Source of the DNA: Eledone cirrhosa
Lineage: Eukaryota
Reading direction: 5' to 3'
Assembly (NCBI GenBank): GCA_964016885.1
Contig: OZ024759.1
Location: 29,760,001-29,824,000 of the forward strand
Length of the DNA: 64,000 nucleotides
The notes beneath the pieces are model-generated. The model saw only the letters and a list, made by a program, of their open reading frames with translations. It was not told the DNA's origin and did not search any database. Position numbers and translations under genes: made by a program. How positions within the stretch are numbered: position 1 is the stretch's first letter; each line of letters opens with the position of its first letter. This document shows positions 13,430 through 26,862 of the stretch, in pieces.

Positions 13430-13603
13430 CATTATGGAGGACACATGCCTATGGAATGTGTGTGTGTGTATATATATATATCATCATCATCATCATTTAA
13501 CGTCTATCTTCCACGCTAGCATGGGTTATATATATATATATTTTCAAATAGACCTAACTGTACCAAGGATCTCACACATTTTCCAATATATATATATATA
13601 TAC

Positions 13604-13752
13604 AATATAGATCAGTTTTATAAATAAATATTGACATACCCTTAAAGAATGCAACCATTACTGTTGGAAGCTCCCGGATAGTGAGCTTCCAACAGTAATG
13701 GTTGCATTCTTTAAGGGTATGTCAATATTTATTTATAAAACTGATCTATATT
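13604..13752. repeat. Perfect palindrome, 70-bp arms, 9-bp loop
   Basis: 13604-13673 is the reverse complement of 13683-13752. Confidence 0.95.
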
Positions 13753-13755
13753 ATA

Positions 13756-13816
13756 TTTTATCTGATGAAAGCACACCATAATTTAACTTGGTGTCCTTGA
13801 AATATGTATAATGAAA
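13756..13816 (+). ncRNA. Type I hammerhead ribozyme, relative of the 47657 motif
   Basis: TTTTAT-CTGATGA-AAG c ACACCA(loop)TGGTGT c CTT-GAA-ATATGTAT-A-ATGAAA. Confidence 0.72.
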
Positions 13817-14499
13817 TAAATATGGTTTTATAAATATAGTTTCCATTTGTTAATATCGTATTTTTACTCCAAATATTTGTTGAGTGCTTTATATCAGTTA
13901 TAAAAATATTTGCTTGTTGTATCCCAACAATTTAAATAGAACTTTACATATATATCTATATATATATAAATGAAGTAATTCCATCGGAAAAGTCCAGGAA
14001 AAAAGAGTGCTCTATGTAGGCAACAGAGCTTAATTATTATTATATATATATTATTATATTTATTATTATTATATATATATATATTATTATTATATTTATT
14101 ATTATTATATTTATTATTATTATATATATATATATACACACACATATATATATATATATACACACATTCCATAGGCATGCGTTCCCCATAATGAAATTCT
14201 TTGTGAGATATTCAATGTGACACAGGGTATGTGGCCATGCTGTAGCATACACAGCCAAGTACACATTTATTTCATGAGCAGGCTGTTCCATTGGTCCATT
14301 GCTCAAACAAATAGAACAGTCATCAGCAAATACAACAAAGTTCTCTTCTTTTCCCTTCCATTTCATTCCACTCTACTCTTTTCAATTCTATATCTATTAA
14401 CCTTGCAACACCTTTACACCTGAGGTATTCTAAGATTCAGCCGATATCTCACCTGGTTATGGCAAGAGACGAAGACGAAGAAGGGAAAATACAGAGAGA

Positions 14500-14532
14500 A
14501 GAAAATGTAAATGACAAAGAAGAGAAAAGAGA

Positions 14533-14604
<72 letters not shown>

Positions 14605-14822
14605 GTGGAAATGACAAACAAGACAAGAGAGAGAGAGAGAGAGAAATAAGTGGAAATGACAAACAAGACAAGAGAGAGAGAGAGAGATGAGTAAATGATA
14701 AACAAGAGAAAATACAGGTGTGAGAGAGAGAGAGAAGTGGAAATGACAAACAAGAGAAAAGAGAGGTGAGAGAGAGAGAGAGAATGAGAGAGAAGTGGAA
14801 ATGATAAACAAGAGAAAAGAGA

Positions 14823-14881
<59 letters not shown>

Positions 14882-15085
14882 GAGAGAGAGAAGAGTAAAT
14901 GACAAACAAGAGAAAATACAGGTGTGTGAGAGAGAGAGATAGAGAGAAGAGTAAATGACAAACAAGAGAAAATACAGGTGTGTGAGAGAGAGAGATAGAG
15001 AGAGAAGAGTAAATGACAAACAAGAGAAAATACAGGTGTGTGAGAGAGAGAGATAGAGAGAGAAGAGTAAATGACAAACAAGAGG
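14500..15085. repeat. Composite repeat: (GA)n alternating with AAATGACAAACAAGAGAAAA
   Basis: Direct reading. Begins about 20 nt into the intron after the exon D donor. Confidence 0.9.
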
Positions 15086-15106
15086 AAGCTGAATTATCTA
15101 TCTAAC

Positions 15107-15212
15107 CTTTTAATTTGATACACTTCTCATTGTAAAATCCACAGTCAGGTTCATCTTTTGGTGGTTTGCCGTTCATCCAAGCAATTTCACTGCCTTCATT
15201 CAACTGGAATAT
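15107..15212 (-). CDS. Receptor guanylyl cyclase exon D (juxtamembrane W..G.PP.D.P.CGF..E.C hinge)
   Basis: CTTTACAG|ATA acceptor (phase 0) and AAAG|GTTAGA donor. 106 nt, IFQLNEGSEIAWMNGKPPKDEPDCGFYNEKCIKLK+G, the hallmark receptor-GC hinge with two Cys. Confidence 0.93.
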
Positions 15213-15990
15213 CTGTAAAGACAGCAATGGTGAATATATATATATATGATGGTTATGGTGATGGTTATCGTGATGGTTATGGTGGTGGTTATGGTGGTGG
15301 TTATGATGATGGTGATGGTTATGGTGATGTGGAATATCTGTAAAGTTAAAGTAAAGACAGCAATGGTGAATATATATATGATGGTTATGACGATGTTGAT
15401 GGTTATGATGATGGTGATTGTGATGGTTATGGTGATGGTGATGGCAATGGTGATGGTGGTGGTTATGATGATGGTGTTGGAGATGGTGATGATGATGGTG
15501 ATGGTAATGGTGATGGTGATGGTAATGGTGATGGTGATGGTGATGGTGATGGTTATGATGATGCTTATAGTGATGGCAATGGTGATGGTGATCATGATAG
15601 TCATGGTGACAGTTATAGCTTTTGTGATGATTATGATGATGATGGTAATGGTTATGGTTGTTGTTGTTGTAGTGGTGACGGTGATATATATATATCATGT
15701 TTAATATAGAAATAGCTTCTACGAGACTAGAACTATTTCATTCAAAAGAAATCATCAGGAAAGCTATTTCTATATCAAACATAATGTTTACACGCTACTA
15801 ATGTATTGAGTACCTTACTAGCTGTAGTTATTCCCGATTGAACCTGGGATTCACACAGACAGACAGACAAAGAGACAGAGAGACAGACAGACACACACAT
15901 ATATGTAAAAAGTAATCAGAAATAACAAAGCAATGACATAGTACAATGAAGAAATATATTAGTTTAATGCTTGAAATAATAGAAAACGAG

Positions 15991-16026
15991 TCTTAAAATT
16001 TCGAACACAAGTTCATTATCAGAAGA
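15991..16026 (-). ncRNA. Degenerate minimal hammerhead (33697-type architecture)
   Basis: TCTT-CTGATAA-T-GAAC ttgt GTTC-GAAA-TTTT-AAGA. G8A without the compensating C3U; helix III decayed. Confidence 0.5.
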
Positions 16027-16599
16027 TAGAATGAGAAATAAAAGATGAAATAGAAAAATAAATTATGAGAAGAAGAAGGAACTGAAAAAGGATTGATAAA
16101 AAAAAAAAAAAAAAAAAAAAGAAAACACATATACTTATTTATATCATATCATATATCTGGCTTAGTGGTTAGAGCATTGGGGCTTGCAGTTGAGAGGTTG
16201 TGAGTTCGATTCTCTGACTGGGTGATGCATTGTGTCCTTGAGCGAGTCACTTTATTTCATGTTGCTCCAGTTTACTCAGCTGTAGAAATGAGATGCAACG
16301 CAAGCTTTTTTCCCATGGACAACATTGGTGGCATGGAGAGGGGAGCATGGTATGCATGGCGACTACTGGTCTTTCACAAACAAACTTTACCCAAGCCCGT
16401 GTCAACTTTCTGGGCTGCAAAATTTTCTGGTTGCAAAACCATGGTCATTGTGACCCATGGTGCGCCTTTAAAAAATGGTAGACTGCTAATAGTAGAAAGT
16501 GCCAGAAGCAGTTTCAGGTTGTTTGGTATCAATGCTGTTAAAATGGTCTTAGGAACATAATATTTCTTACAATCAACCGTGAAGGAAAGTTCTTATGTA

Positions 16600-17930
16600 A
16601 ATATAAACACATTAAAATAAACACCTTTGTATTACAGGACCAGGGATAGTTTCAGGCAGTTTGTTATAAAAAGTGTTAAAATCATGTTAGGAAGTTAACT
16701 TAACAATAGTCAGATAATGTATTGGTATCTTTAGAAGGTATTCATACACTAAAATCATAATGGAAGATTTTAAGATAAATGCAGACACTTTAAAATAAAC
16801 ACCTTTGTATTACAGGACGAGCAGCATTTTCAGGTGGTGTTTCATCGAAAGCGTTAAAATATGTTGGGCAAAATAGCATAATATTACAATATATACTGGT
16901 ATCTTAAGAAGGTATTCATACATAAAATCATGATGGAAGGTTTTAAAATAAATACAGACACTCTTAAAATAAACAGCTTTGTATTACAGGATCAGAGGCA
17001 ATTTCAGGTGGTTTAGCACCAAAAGTGTTAAATTCACATTAGGTACAATAGCATAATACTACAAAATATATCGATATCTTAAGAAAGGTATTCATACATA
17101 AAATGATGATAGAAGGTTTTAAGATAAATAGAAACACTTTAAAACAAACAATTTTGTATCTAGAATGATGGGCATTTTCAGGTGGTTTAGCACCAAAAGT
17201 GTTAAAATCGTGTTGGGCAAATAGCTTAATATTGTTTTTACTTTTGACACAAGGCCAGCAATTATCCAGTACATTACTGGTACTTTATTTTATCGCCCCC
17301 ATAAGGATGAAAGGCAAAGTTAACCTTGACGAGATTCAACTCAGACCGTAAAGTGACGTAACTATGCTAGAAAGCATGGCCTCCAACCCTCTACCTATAC
17401 TGCCAATTCACCGCAAAATAGCATAATATTACAATATATACTGGTATCTTAAGAAAGGTATTCATACATAAAATCATGATGGAAGGTTTTAAGATAAATG
17501 CAGACACTTTAAAATAAACACCTTTGTATTACAGGATCAGGGGCAATTTCAGGTGGTTTAATACCAAAAGTGTTAAAATTACTTTAGGTTTAAAATAAAT
17601 ACAGACACTTTAAAATAAACAGCTTTGTATTACAGGATCAAGGGCAATTTCAGGTGGTTTAGCACCAAAAGTGTTAAATCACTTTAGGTTTTAAAATAAA
17701 TACAGACACTTTAAAATAAACAGCCTTGTATTACAGGATCAGGGGCAATTTCAGGTGGTTTAGCACCAAAAGTGTTAAAATCACGTTAGGTACAATAGCA
17801 TAATACTACAAAATATATCGGTATCTTAAGAAAGGTATTCATACATAAAATGATGATGTAAGGTTTTAAGATAAATAAGATAAATACAAACACTTAAAAT
17901 CAAACAATTTTGTGTCATAGAACGAGAAGC
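16600..17930. repeat. Diverged tandem repeat, about 90-185-bp units
   Basis: Recurrent AAAATAAACACCTTTGTATTACAGGA...TTTCAGGTGGTTTAGCACCAAAAGTGTTAAA. Confidence 0.85.
17217..17430 (-). mobile_element. Nin-domain SINE with about 17-bp target-site duplication, inserted in a satellite unit
   Basis: GCAAATAGCTTAATATT (17217-17233) and GCAAAATAGCATAATATT (17413-17430) flank the SINE. Confidence 0.8.
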
Positions 17931-18638
17931 CATTTTTGACAGCTTGGTACAAAAGGATTAAAAGAAAAAAGATTGGGCAATAATAAAGAAGCAATATTTC
18001 ATAACAGCTAGTACAATAAGTAGCCTAAAACCAAATATGAATATATGTTTTGCGAAATATGAAAATATGTTCTCTGACTTTTTCTTCTACCTGTTGTTAT
18101 AATTCTAGATGTTATATTAATACATTAAAGTGAAAAGTTCTTTTTATATTATTTTCTTTGTCAAATAGAGTTGTAGTCAAACACCATTTTTAATATACAT
18201 AAACTTTGATATACAAAAACAAACAAAAAACTGCAGCTTCTTCTTTTGTGTTTTTCTTTTCCTTATTCTTCTGGTGTTTTTCTTTTCCTTCTTCTTTCCC
18301 TTCTTCTTCTGTCTCCTTCTTCTGCTTCTCTTCCTTCTCCTCCATCTTCTTCTTCTTCTGCTCCTTTTTCTTCAGTCTTCTTCTTCTGTCTTCTTTCCTC
18401 CTCCTCCTTCTTCTATTCTTCTTCTGTCTTCTTTTTCCTCTTTCTCCTTCTTCTTCTTCTTCTTCTTCTTCTCTTCATCTTCTTCTTCTCTTCATCTTTT
18501 CCTTCTCCTCCTCCTTCTCCCCCCCCCACCACTGAAGTTTTTCGGATGTTTTTATTTATTTATTTATTATTTATTTATTATGAATGTGCATGTGTGTGTG
18601 TGTGAATGTGTGTGTGTGAGAATGTGTGTGTGTGTGAA

Positions 18639-18670
<32 letters not shown>

Positions 18671-19228
18671 TGTGTGTGTATGTGTATATGTGTGTGTGAA
18701 TATGTGTGTGTGTGTGTGTGTATGTGTGTGTGTGTGTATGTGTGTATGTGTGTGTGAATATGTGTGTGTGTGGATGTGTGTGTATATGTGTATGTGTGTA
18801 TGTGTGTGAATGTGTGTGTGAGTGTGTGTGTAAATGCATGTGAATGTGTGTGTGGTCATACGCCCCCTCATCCCCCCCCTCACCCCCTCCTCCCTACGCT
18901 TACGCCTCCCCCTCACTCCCACTACTACCTTCTTATTCCTGTGTTCATTTAAGAAATAACCATTTGAGCTGCTGAAAACTTATTCCTAAATGATTTATTG
19001 TTTTCAAATATTTTACCCATTCATCAAATAAGATTTCTGGTTTTGAAAAACAACAACAACAACAACAAAAGACCCCACAACAACAGCAACAACAACAACA
19101 CAAGCCCCCCTCAAAAAAAAAACAACAACAACAACAACTAAACAAATCTGCTATCAACTGTATGTGTACAATATGTTATACATATAATTGTTTCTAATTT
19201 TGGCACAAGGCCAGCAATTACCCCAGTG

Positions 19229-19428
19229 NNNNNNNNNNNNNNNNNNNNNNNNNNNNNNNNNNNNNNNNNNNNNNNNNNNNNNNNNNNNNNNNNNNNNNNN
19301 NNNNNNNNNNNNNNNNNNNNNNNNNNNNNNNNNNNNNNNNNNNNNNNNNNNNNNNNNNNNNNNNNNNNNNNNNNNNNNNNNNNNNNNNNNNNNNNNNNNN
19401 NNNNNNNNNNNNNNNNNNNNNNNNNNNN
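19229..19428. other. Assembly gap (200 N)
   Basis: Run of n. Confidence 1.
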
Positions 19429-19803
19429 TAATGAGAGTGTGGTGTGCATATATATATATATGTATAATGAGAGTGTGTATGTATATGTATAATGAGTGTG
19501 TACATATGTATATGTATAATGAAGTGTGAGTGTGTGTGTATTTATCAGTGTTGTAGTAATAGTATGACCACATGCACTTGGTCACTTTTCTTGGTGTCAT
19601 ACTTTCTAAACTTCGTGCGTGTTTACTCTGAACGAAAATGTATTAACATTTCACACCATTGAGTGCTTTGTGACTGCCTGAAGCCTCAAACAATTTGATT
19701 GGTATCTGCTATACTGCGGTAGGGACCTTCAACTATACCATTATATATTATATTGTGCCTATACTAGAAATCATTATTTTCACTATTTGTACAAATATAC
19801 AAG

Positions 19804-20141
19804 GAGGCACATGGCTTAGTGGTTAGAGCATTGGCCTTGCAATCGAAAGGTTGTGAGTTCAATTCTCAGACCGGGTGATGTGTTGTTTCCTTGAGCAAGA
19901 CACTTTATTTCACATTGCTCCAGTTTACTCAGCTGTAGAAATGAGATGATAGGGACTGGGGTCCATATCATTCCACTGTAAAGTGGACGTGTAGGTGCCA
20001 CGGCAAAAAAGCACCCATCACTCACTGTAAATGAGGTTGGTGTTAGGAAGGGCATCCAGCTGTAGAAATCAAGCCAGAATTAGTTCCCATCCCACCCTTG
20101 CAAGCAGGGAAAAAGCGGACGTAAACTGAAATGATGAAATG
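19804..20141 (+). mobile_element. tRNA-derived SINE, same head, RTE family-2 tail
   Basis: Same A/B boxes and core. Ends CCCACCCTTGCAAGCAGGGAAAAAGCGGACGTAAA. Similar minus copy at 9365-9693; truncated copies at 16158, 21720, 48815 and 53050. Confidence 0.85.
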
Positions 20142-22074
20142 ATACAACTTAACAATATTCTGATTACTGTTGGGCTATCAATATGAGTTAATTTGGAGAA
20201 AAGTGAAGATATTTACACCAAGAAGTGACAAATTAATTAAAAGTAGAAATAGTATGTTATGTTGATGTAAGTTAGTGATATGGCGGAATTGGAACAACGG
20301 CATACATACATATAGGTTGTAGGTTGTTAGGAATTGAGATGAACTTACTGACTTTTAAACATAGTGGAAAATGTTGTAGAGATAATTAGAAAATATATAT
20401 GAGAGAGCGAGATGTTAACATTACAAATAATGATAATAAAATAATAATAATAATACATAATAATAATAATATTAATTAATAATAAATAAAAAATAAATAA
20501 AAAAAACATAATAAATATAAAAATAAAAATAAATTGAAGTATGATAAAAATAAAAATTTTTGATAATGAAAATATAAAAAAAATGAAAATAAAAATAAAA
20601 AATAAAAATATAAAATAAATAAAAATACAAAGTTGAAATACATAAAATAAAGATAAAATCAAAATAATTGGAAATTTAAGCCAAATTTCTTAGAAATAAG
20701 GTTACAAGTATATATAGCTAAACTAGACTAATACCTTCCAGTGAGAGAACAGAGATTAAAATATAATAAATTAATGTTAAATTAACCAAATGTCTTAGCG
20801 GCAGAAAACTAAGAAAATAACTTTAGATGCTGATACAGTTAGAATATGGTTTTCACATATATACATAGACACACACACAGAAATGTAGATGCACACACAG
20901 AGAGGCAGACACACACACACATATTTATATCATCATCATCGTTTAACGTCTATCTTCCACGCTAGCATGGGTTTAGATGGGAATTGTCTCACTTGAGGCA
21001 AAATTGGTTGTCTCGCTCATATGGGACTGTTTGGCTGGTTTTCTACGGTTGGATGCCCTTCCTAACACCAACCACGTTTACAGTGTGGACTGGGAGGTTT
21101 TTACCGTGTTACCTACACGGCCACATTACAGCGTGGACTGTGTTTTTTTGTCGCGACAACACCTACACGACCTCATTTATTTAGGACTGGATGTTGTGGT
21201 ACCAACATAACTTTAAATAGAAAGGGGTGGTGTTGATGGCGGTGGGGGGTGGGGTGGGGGGTAGTAGGATGGGGGTGTCTATTTGGTTAAGCGGTGCCTA
21301 CTGACTGTATATATAAATAAATATATATATTGTTCAATGAAAAAGAGTTAGTTGATTTCTTTCGTTTATTATTATTATTTTTACAGTATCGGTAGAGCGT
21401 CAGACACCATGCTTTGCAGCATAGAGTCATGGCCCTTTATCATCTGATCAAATCCCGCTTAACTTTACCTTTCATCCTTACGCGGTCGATGAAATAAAGT
21501 ACCAGTCACGCAGTGGGGTCGATTTAATCGACTTTCCCCTTGCCCAAAATTGCAGGCCTTGTGCCTAAATAAGAAACCATTATTATTATTTTTATTATAA
21601 CATATATATATATTTTATTATAACATATATATATATATATACAGACACATACAGAAGAACACACACACACACATATAGAGAGAGACACAGACACACAAAT
21701 GCACACACCTATCTATCTATGCATGGCTTAATGGTTAGAGCATCAGGCTTAAAATCGTGAAGTTGTGAGTTTGATTCTCGGACTGAGCTTTGTGTTGTGT
21801 TCTTGAGCAAGACACTTTATTTCACATTGCTCCAGTTTACTGAGCTGTAGAAATGAGTTCCGACATCACTGCTGCCAAGCTGTATTGGCCATTGCCTTTC
21901 CCTCGGGGGTGTGGGGGAGAGGAGACTGGAATGGATGGGCGACTGTTGGTCTTCCAGTCTTCCAGTCTTCCACAAACAACTTTGCCCAGACTTGTACCTC
22001 AGAGGGGAACTTTCTAGGTGCAAATCCCAGGATCATTCATGACCAAAGGAGGTTGTTACCCTTTATATATCGAC

Positions 22075-22268
22075 AGTCGATCGACTTTCATCAAATCGGA
22101 CGAGGAAACAATGTTTCCATTGGTCTTTCCAGTTGCTAATACTATCTATAGGTGGCAACTCCAAGTAGAAGGAGCAACAAAGACATAACGCATCACCCGT
22201 CCAGGAATCGAACTCACAACCTCACGATTGCGAATCCAATTCTCTAACCACTTAGCCACGTGCCTTCA
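22075..22268 (-). mobile_element. Third tRNA-derived SINE family
   Basis: Minus strand reads GGCTAAGTGGTTAGAG...GAGTTCGATTCCTGG...CCAATGGAAACATTGTTTCC. Copies at 1287-1487, 31592-31808 and 49108-49296. Confidence 0.75.
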
Positions 22269-22319
22269 CCTTTTACACACACACACACATATATATATAA
22301 TATATTATATTTTTTAAAA

Positions 22320-22374
<55 letters not shown>

Positions 22375-23769
22375 GTTGCAGACATACACACATATATATA
22401 TATTGTGAGAGAAATATACATATTATGATCCAGCAACCTTACCACTGCAGCAACATGAAATGAAGTATTTTACTCAAGAACACAATACGCAACCCAATCC
22501 AGGAATCAAACCCACCACATAATGATTGTAAGTCCAACACCCTTACCACAAAGTGACATACCTCCACTACTACTAATTGGCTTTATCCATGAAAATATTT
22601 TCTGAAATTCTTCCTTTAGAAGATATTATTAACACGTTTTTATATCTTTGTCATGTTTACCACACTTACAACCATTCTTTGATCTGCTTTTAAGTATGTG
22701 ATTCATTCCACTAGATTTCCAAACGAATTTCTAAATGACCAACAATACTTGTTACATTCATTATTCATCTAACAATTCAAGAGAGGCAGGCAGGTAGCAT
22801 ACAAAAGATACCATCTCACTTTAGTATTTTTGAGGTTATAAAAGTTTAAAGATGTGAATTAAACCAGATTTGTTCTGCAATAAACCATCTTCGTTTCTAA
22901 CTAAAACCACTCAATCTGTTAATATACGTCTGGCATCATTCCAACAATAAGTCTAATTATCTTGCAATTTTCTACCGAATACTATATCTCATTTGACTCT
23001 ATTCTCTGTCCATGTTTAATTTTACTGTTAACACACTTCAATCACATTTATCGATAAAATTTTCGGCTGGAAATCTTAGAAATTTCTTTATCTTGATCTT
23101 TCTTTTATCTTTATTTCTTCTTCACCCCTCATCATCCTCACTATACCCCACACAACCATCACCCGTTTTTGTTCAGATTCACTGATTAAAAATAACAAAA
23201 AAAAAAAAGAACTACATTTATTCCTCATAAAAGATTTACAAAAGACTTGATAACAATACTTGATAACCTTCTTTTAATCTTCATCGTATTTTTTTCTTGT
23301 ATCTGAGAAAATTGTCTCATATGTCTGCCCATGCTTCCCACCTCACCACACTTGCCACCTGTCTTGCTAACGAGATTTGCAGCCAGCCGACTCAGTAGGG
23401 AGTTGAACTACAGATGAAACGGTTTCATTGTTTCGATTTCATTTGAATAAAGTTGTGTTGTTGTTGTGTCTTCATCATCAACCTTGTATATAATTATTTT
23501 AAGAAAATCTTGTACTGTATAGCTGTGTTCAGAACTAAATGATGATGACGATGATGATGATGATAATGAGGTAGATGGTGATGAGTCTTGTAGCTCCTGA
23601 TAGAGTCATAGGGGTGATGTAGTGACATATGGTGTTTCATGGGCATTTTAAGCCTGGCGGAGCCCATCACCTCTTCAGGTCTGAACACACCAGATTTCTT
23701 CCAGAGAAGGATAGAAAGTGTGAGAATGGAAGCAAGAAGGCGATATAGAGGGAGAGTCAACCCCATTAC

Positions 23770-23997
23770 TTAACCCTTTAGTGTTCAAACTGGCCCAAAC
23801 CGGCCAGAATTCTCTACCTCTTTCTGTTGAAACTGGCTGTAACTGGTCGCTCAAACTGATGTTAAGGTATTGTTCTCAAAATAAATACTTTCAAAATCTC
23901 ATAGATTCGATATTATGTGAGATAATTATGTGCGGTAAAGCCTTTACCATGAAAATATAATAGTAAATATAATAAAATGTGAATGTTAATGGGTTAA
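23770..23997. mobile_element. piggyBac-like MITE (TTAA|CCCTT...AAGGG|TTAA type ends)
   Basis: Short TIRs bounded by TTAA. Same family at 3983-4159, 24079-24417, 34270-34498 and in tandem at 49492-50166. Confidence 0.7.
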
Positions 23998-26451
23998 CTG
24001 GTACTTTTTTTTATCAACCTCGAAAGAAGGATGAAAGGTAAAGTTGATCTCAGCTGGATTTGAACTCAGAGAGCCATTTTAATCCTTCACCATTTACATT
24101 ACTCTATATTTACTATTGTATTTTCATGGTTAAGGCTTTACCTTACATAATATCGAATCTATGAGATTTTGATATTATTTAGGTTGAGAACAATACCTTA
24201 ACATCAGTATGAGTGGCCATTTATGGCCAGTTTGAACAGAAACAGGTGAGAGAATTCTGGCCGGATTTGGCTTGTTTAAATACTAAGGGCTTAAGCACAC
24301 CTTCCAGTGTGTTTTGTCAGAAGCAACTGTCTCCAATTGATCTTGCTTTATCCCCAAATAAGTCCAGCTCATTGAATTTTGGCTGGATATGGCTGGTTTA
24401 AATGCCAAAGGGTTAAATGAGAAAAGAGATATTTTATTGAAATGAGATATTTTATTGAAATTCATGTAGAGAGGAACAAAAGAACCCCTCCAAAAAAAAA
24501 AAACCCCAAAAAAACCCCCCAAAGATAAATACTCCCCAGGCCCCACGTCTCACCCCAAAACAAACAAACTACATTATTTATTTTGAAGCATAAAAAAAAA
24601 AGCTCTGCCATTTGATGCATTAGTCAAAATAATGATTTTGAAGCACAAAGCAGAAAAAAAATAGATGAAATACAACAATGTCTTGACTATGTTATGACAA
24701 GGTGTGAATATATCTATATATTGGCTGGTTTAGGACTACTTTCAATGGTGGCAGTCGGAAATGATACATTGATACATTCATCAATAATAAAGAACCAGAG
24801 AAATGATTTTCAAGCAAAAGTAAATCACTAACAAGGGTTGGGTGAGCTGTCCTGCTGTGAGACAAGTCAGGTTGGAGGACAGCTCATGCAGAACTGATTT
24901 GGACCTATATTTTGTGTGGCCAATATATTACCTATACTTTGTACCAGTAATGTACTGGTTAATTTCTGGCCTTGTGCCAAAAAGTAGAAACAATTACTAG
25001 TATAAATAGACTAAACACTATGAATGTTAAATAAATCATTTTTTCAGCAAAACTGATTTTGCACCTGTTTCTCAAGAACATTCTAAAGAACATTCTAAAT
25101 AACATTTTAAAGAACATTTTAATCTATGCAGATTTTAAATATTTCCTGTGAAACACAAATTAACAAATTTTTGTATGTTATTTTCTATATGTTTACCAAA
25201 CAGAATAAATTGAAAATAAATAGATATACAAAGTGAATTTGTCTTCTATATAAATGTACTTATGTATGTATGGTTCTACAACTCCTGTTAGAGTTGTAGG
25301 AGTGCTGTAGTGGTAGATGGCATTTCTTGGTCATTCTAAAGTCTTGTGGAGGCCACCCAGCTCCAGATCTGAAAACAGCAGATTTCTTCTTCTTCTTCGA
25401 AAGAGGAAGAATTGACCTTAGTACACGACTGGTATTTTTTTATCAACCTCAAAATAATGAAAGGCAAAGTTGACCTCAGCGGGATTTGAACTCAGAGAGC
25501 AGAGAGTCGTTACGGTTAGCACAAAGTATTCTATCCAACATTCTAACTACTCTGCCAATTCACCACCTTATTCCTCTACAACAGCCACTGTAATGAATAG
25601 ATTAAGGTGAGGCAAGAGAAGACTTAAATACATTAATTGCAGCTAATTATCTATCTTCGAAAAAAATTATTGTTGTAAAATTGTAATTTGTAATTCCTAA
25701 TTTTAAAGAAATATCTTTTAACAACTCAAAGAGCAGGAAGCCAAAACTAATAACATAAAACATTCTATCTGATGTTCTAATGACTCTGCTTATTTGACAC
25801 CTTAACCTGCAGAAGGAATAAAGACAAAGTTGACCTTGGTTCAAATCCCATTAAGGTTAGCTTTTGCCTTTCATTTTTACGTAATCGACAAAATAAAGCA
25901 CCTGTGATGCACTGGGGTCGATTTAATCGACTCTTCCCCCAACCCAATTGTTCTCCTTGTGCCTAAATCAGAAACCATTATTATAGATGCTGGGTGGTGG
26001 AATGGCAGTATCGGTAGAGGGTCGGACGCTATGATTTGCAACATAGAGTTATGGCCCTTGCCATTCTGAGTTCAAATCCCGCCGAGGTTAACTTTGCCTT
26101 TCATCCTTACTGGGTCGATGAAATAAAGTACCAGTAATGCACTGGGGTAATTGCTGGCCTTGTGCCAAAAAGTAGAAACAATTATTGTAGACACTGTTTA
26201 TTGGCAGAATGTTGGGTAACATGCTTTGCGACATATAGTTACGTATCTATCTCTCTACTGATCTATCTCTCTCTACCTATATATCTATCTAGTGATAACA
26301 TTTTACACGTTTTTATTGTATGTAAACTTCCCCCTTTGTATTTGTCCCCTTCTTTTGTGCCCCTGTGGCTAATAAAGAAACATATCTATCTATCTATCTC
26401 TACCTATATATCTATTTTCCTATCTATCTATCTATCTATCTATCTATCTCT

Positions 26452-26826
26452 CTTTTTTTCAAATACCACTTTGGAAGAAGAATCAGGATGGAGAGGGAGG
26501 TGCTGTACCCCAGCAAGTTTTATGAAAGGTGGGTGAAAGTGGCAAAGATGGCTCGAGTGGTTGGGCCTTCTCTCTATATCAGCCTGTAGCTTGAGGAAAA
26601 AGAAGAAGAGAGGAAAGGGGTACAGACTCTTTGTACTCCTGGACATGAGGGTTGCACATTTTTTCGGGGGTATGTGTTACCCATATGAAATGTCTCCCCC
26701 TATTGGGGAAAATCGATTAATTTTAAAATTACATTTGTGATAGCATTTTACACGTTTTTATTGTATGTAAACTTCCCCCTTTGTATTTGTCCCCTTCTTT
26801 TTTGCCCCTGTGGCTAATAAAGAAAC

Positions 26827-26830
<4 letters not shown>
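26452..26830 (+). mobile_element. L1/Tx1-like LINE 3' fragment embedded in (TATC)n
   Basis: FFKYHFGRRIRMEREVL..SKFYERWVKVAKMARVVGPSL resembles 40751-41295. Ends CCCCTGTGGCTAATAAAGAAAC. A duplicate of its last about 90 bp lies at 26291-26382. Confidence 0.65.

Positions 26831-26862
<32 letters not shown>

Noticed and set aside
15213-15698. Poly-His N-terminus of ORF 15102-15698
   Set aside because: Intronic hexamer repeat; only 15107-15212 is bounded by splice sites and homologous to receptor GCs.
19804-19875. tRNA genes at SINE heads
   Set aside because: A and B boxes are present but followed by SINE core and LINE tail, with no convincing acceptor stem.
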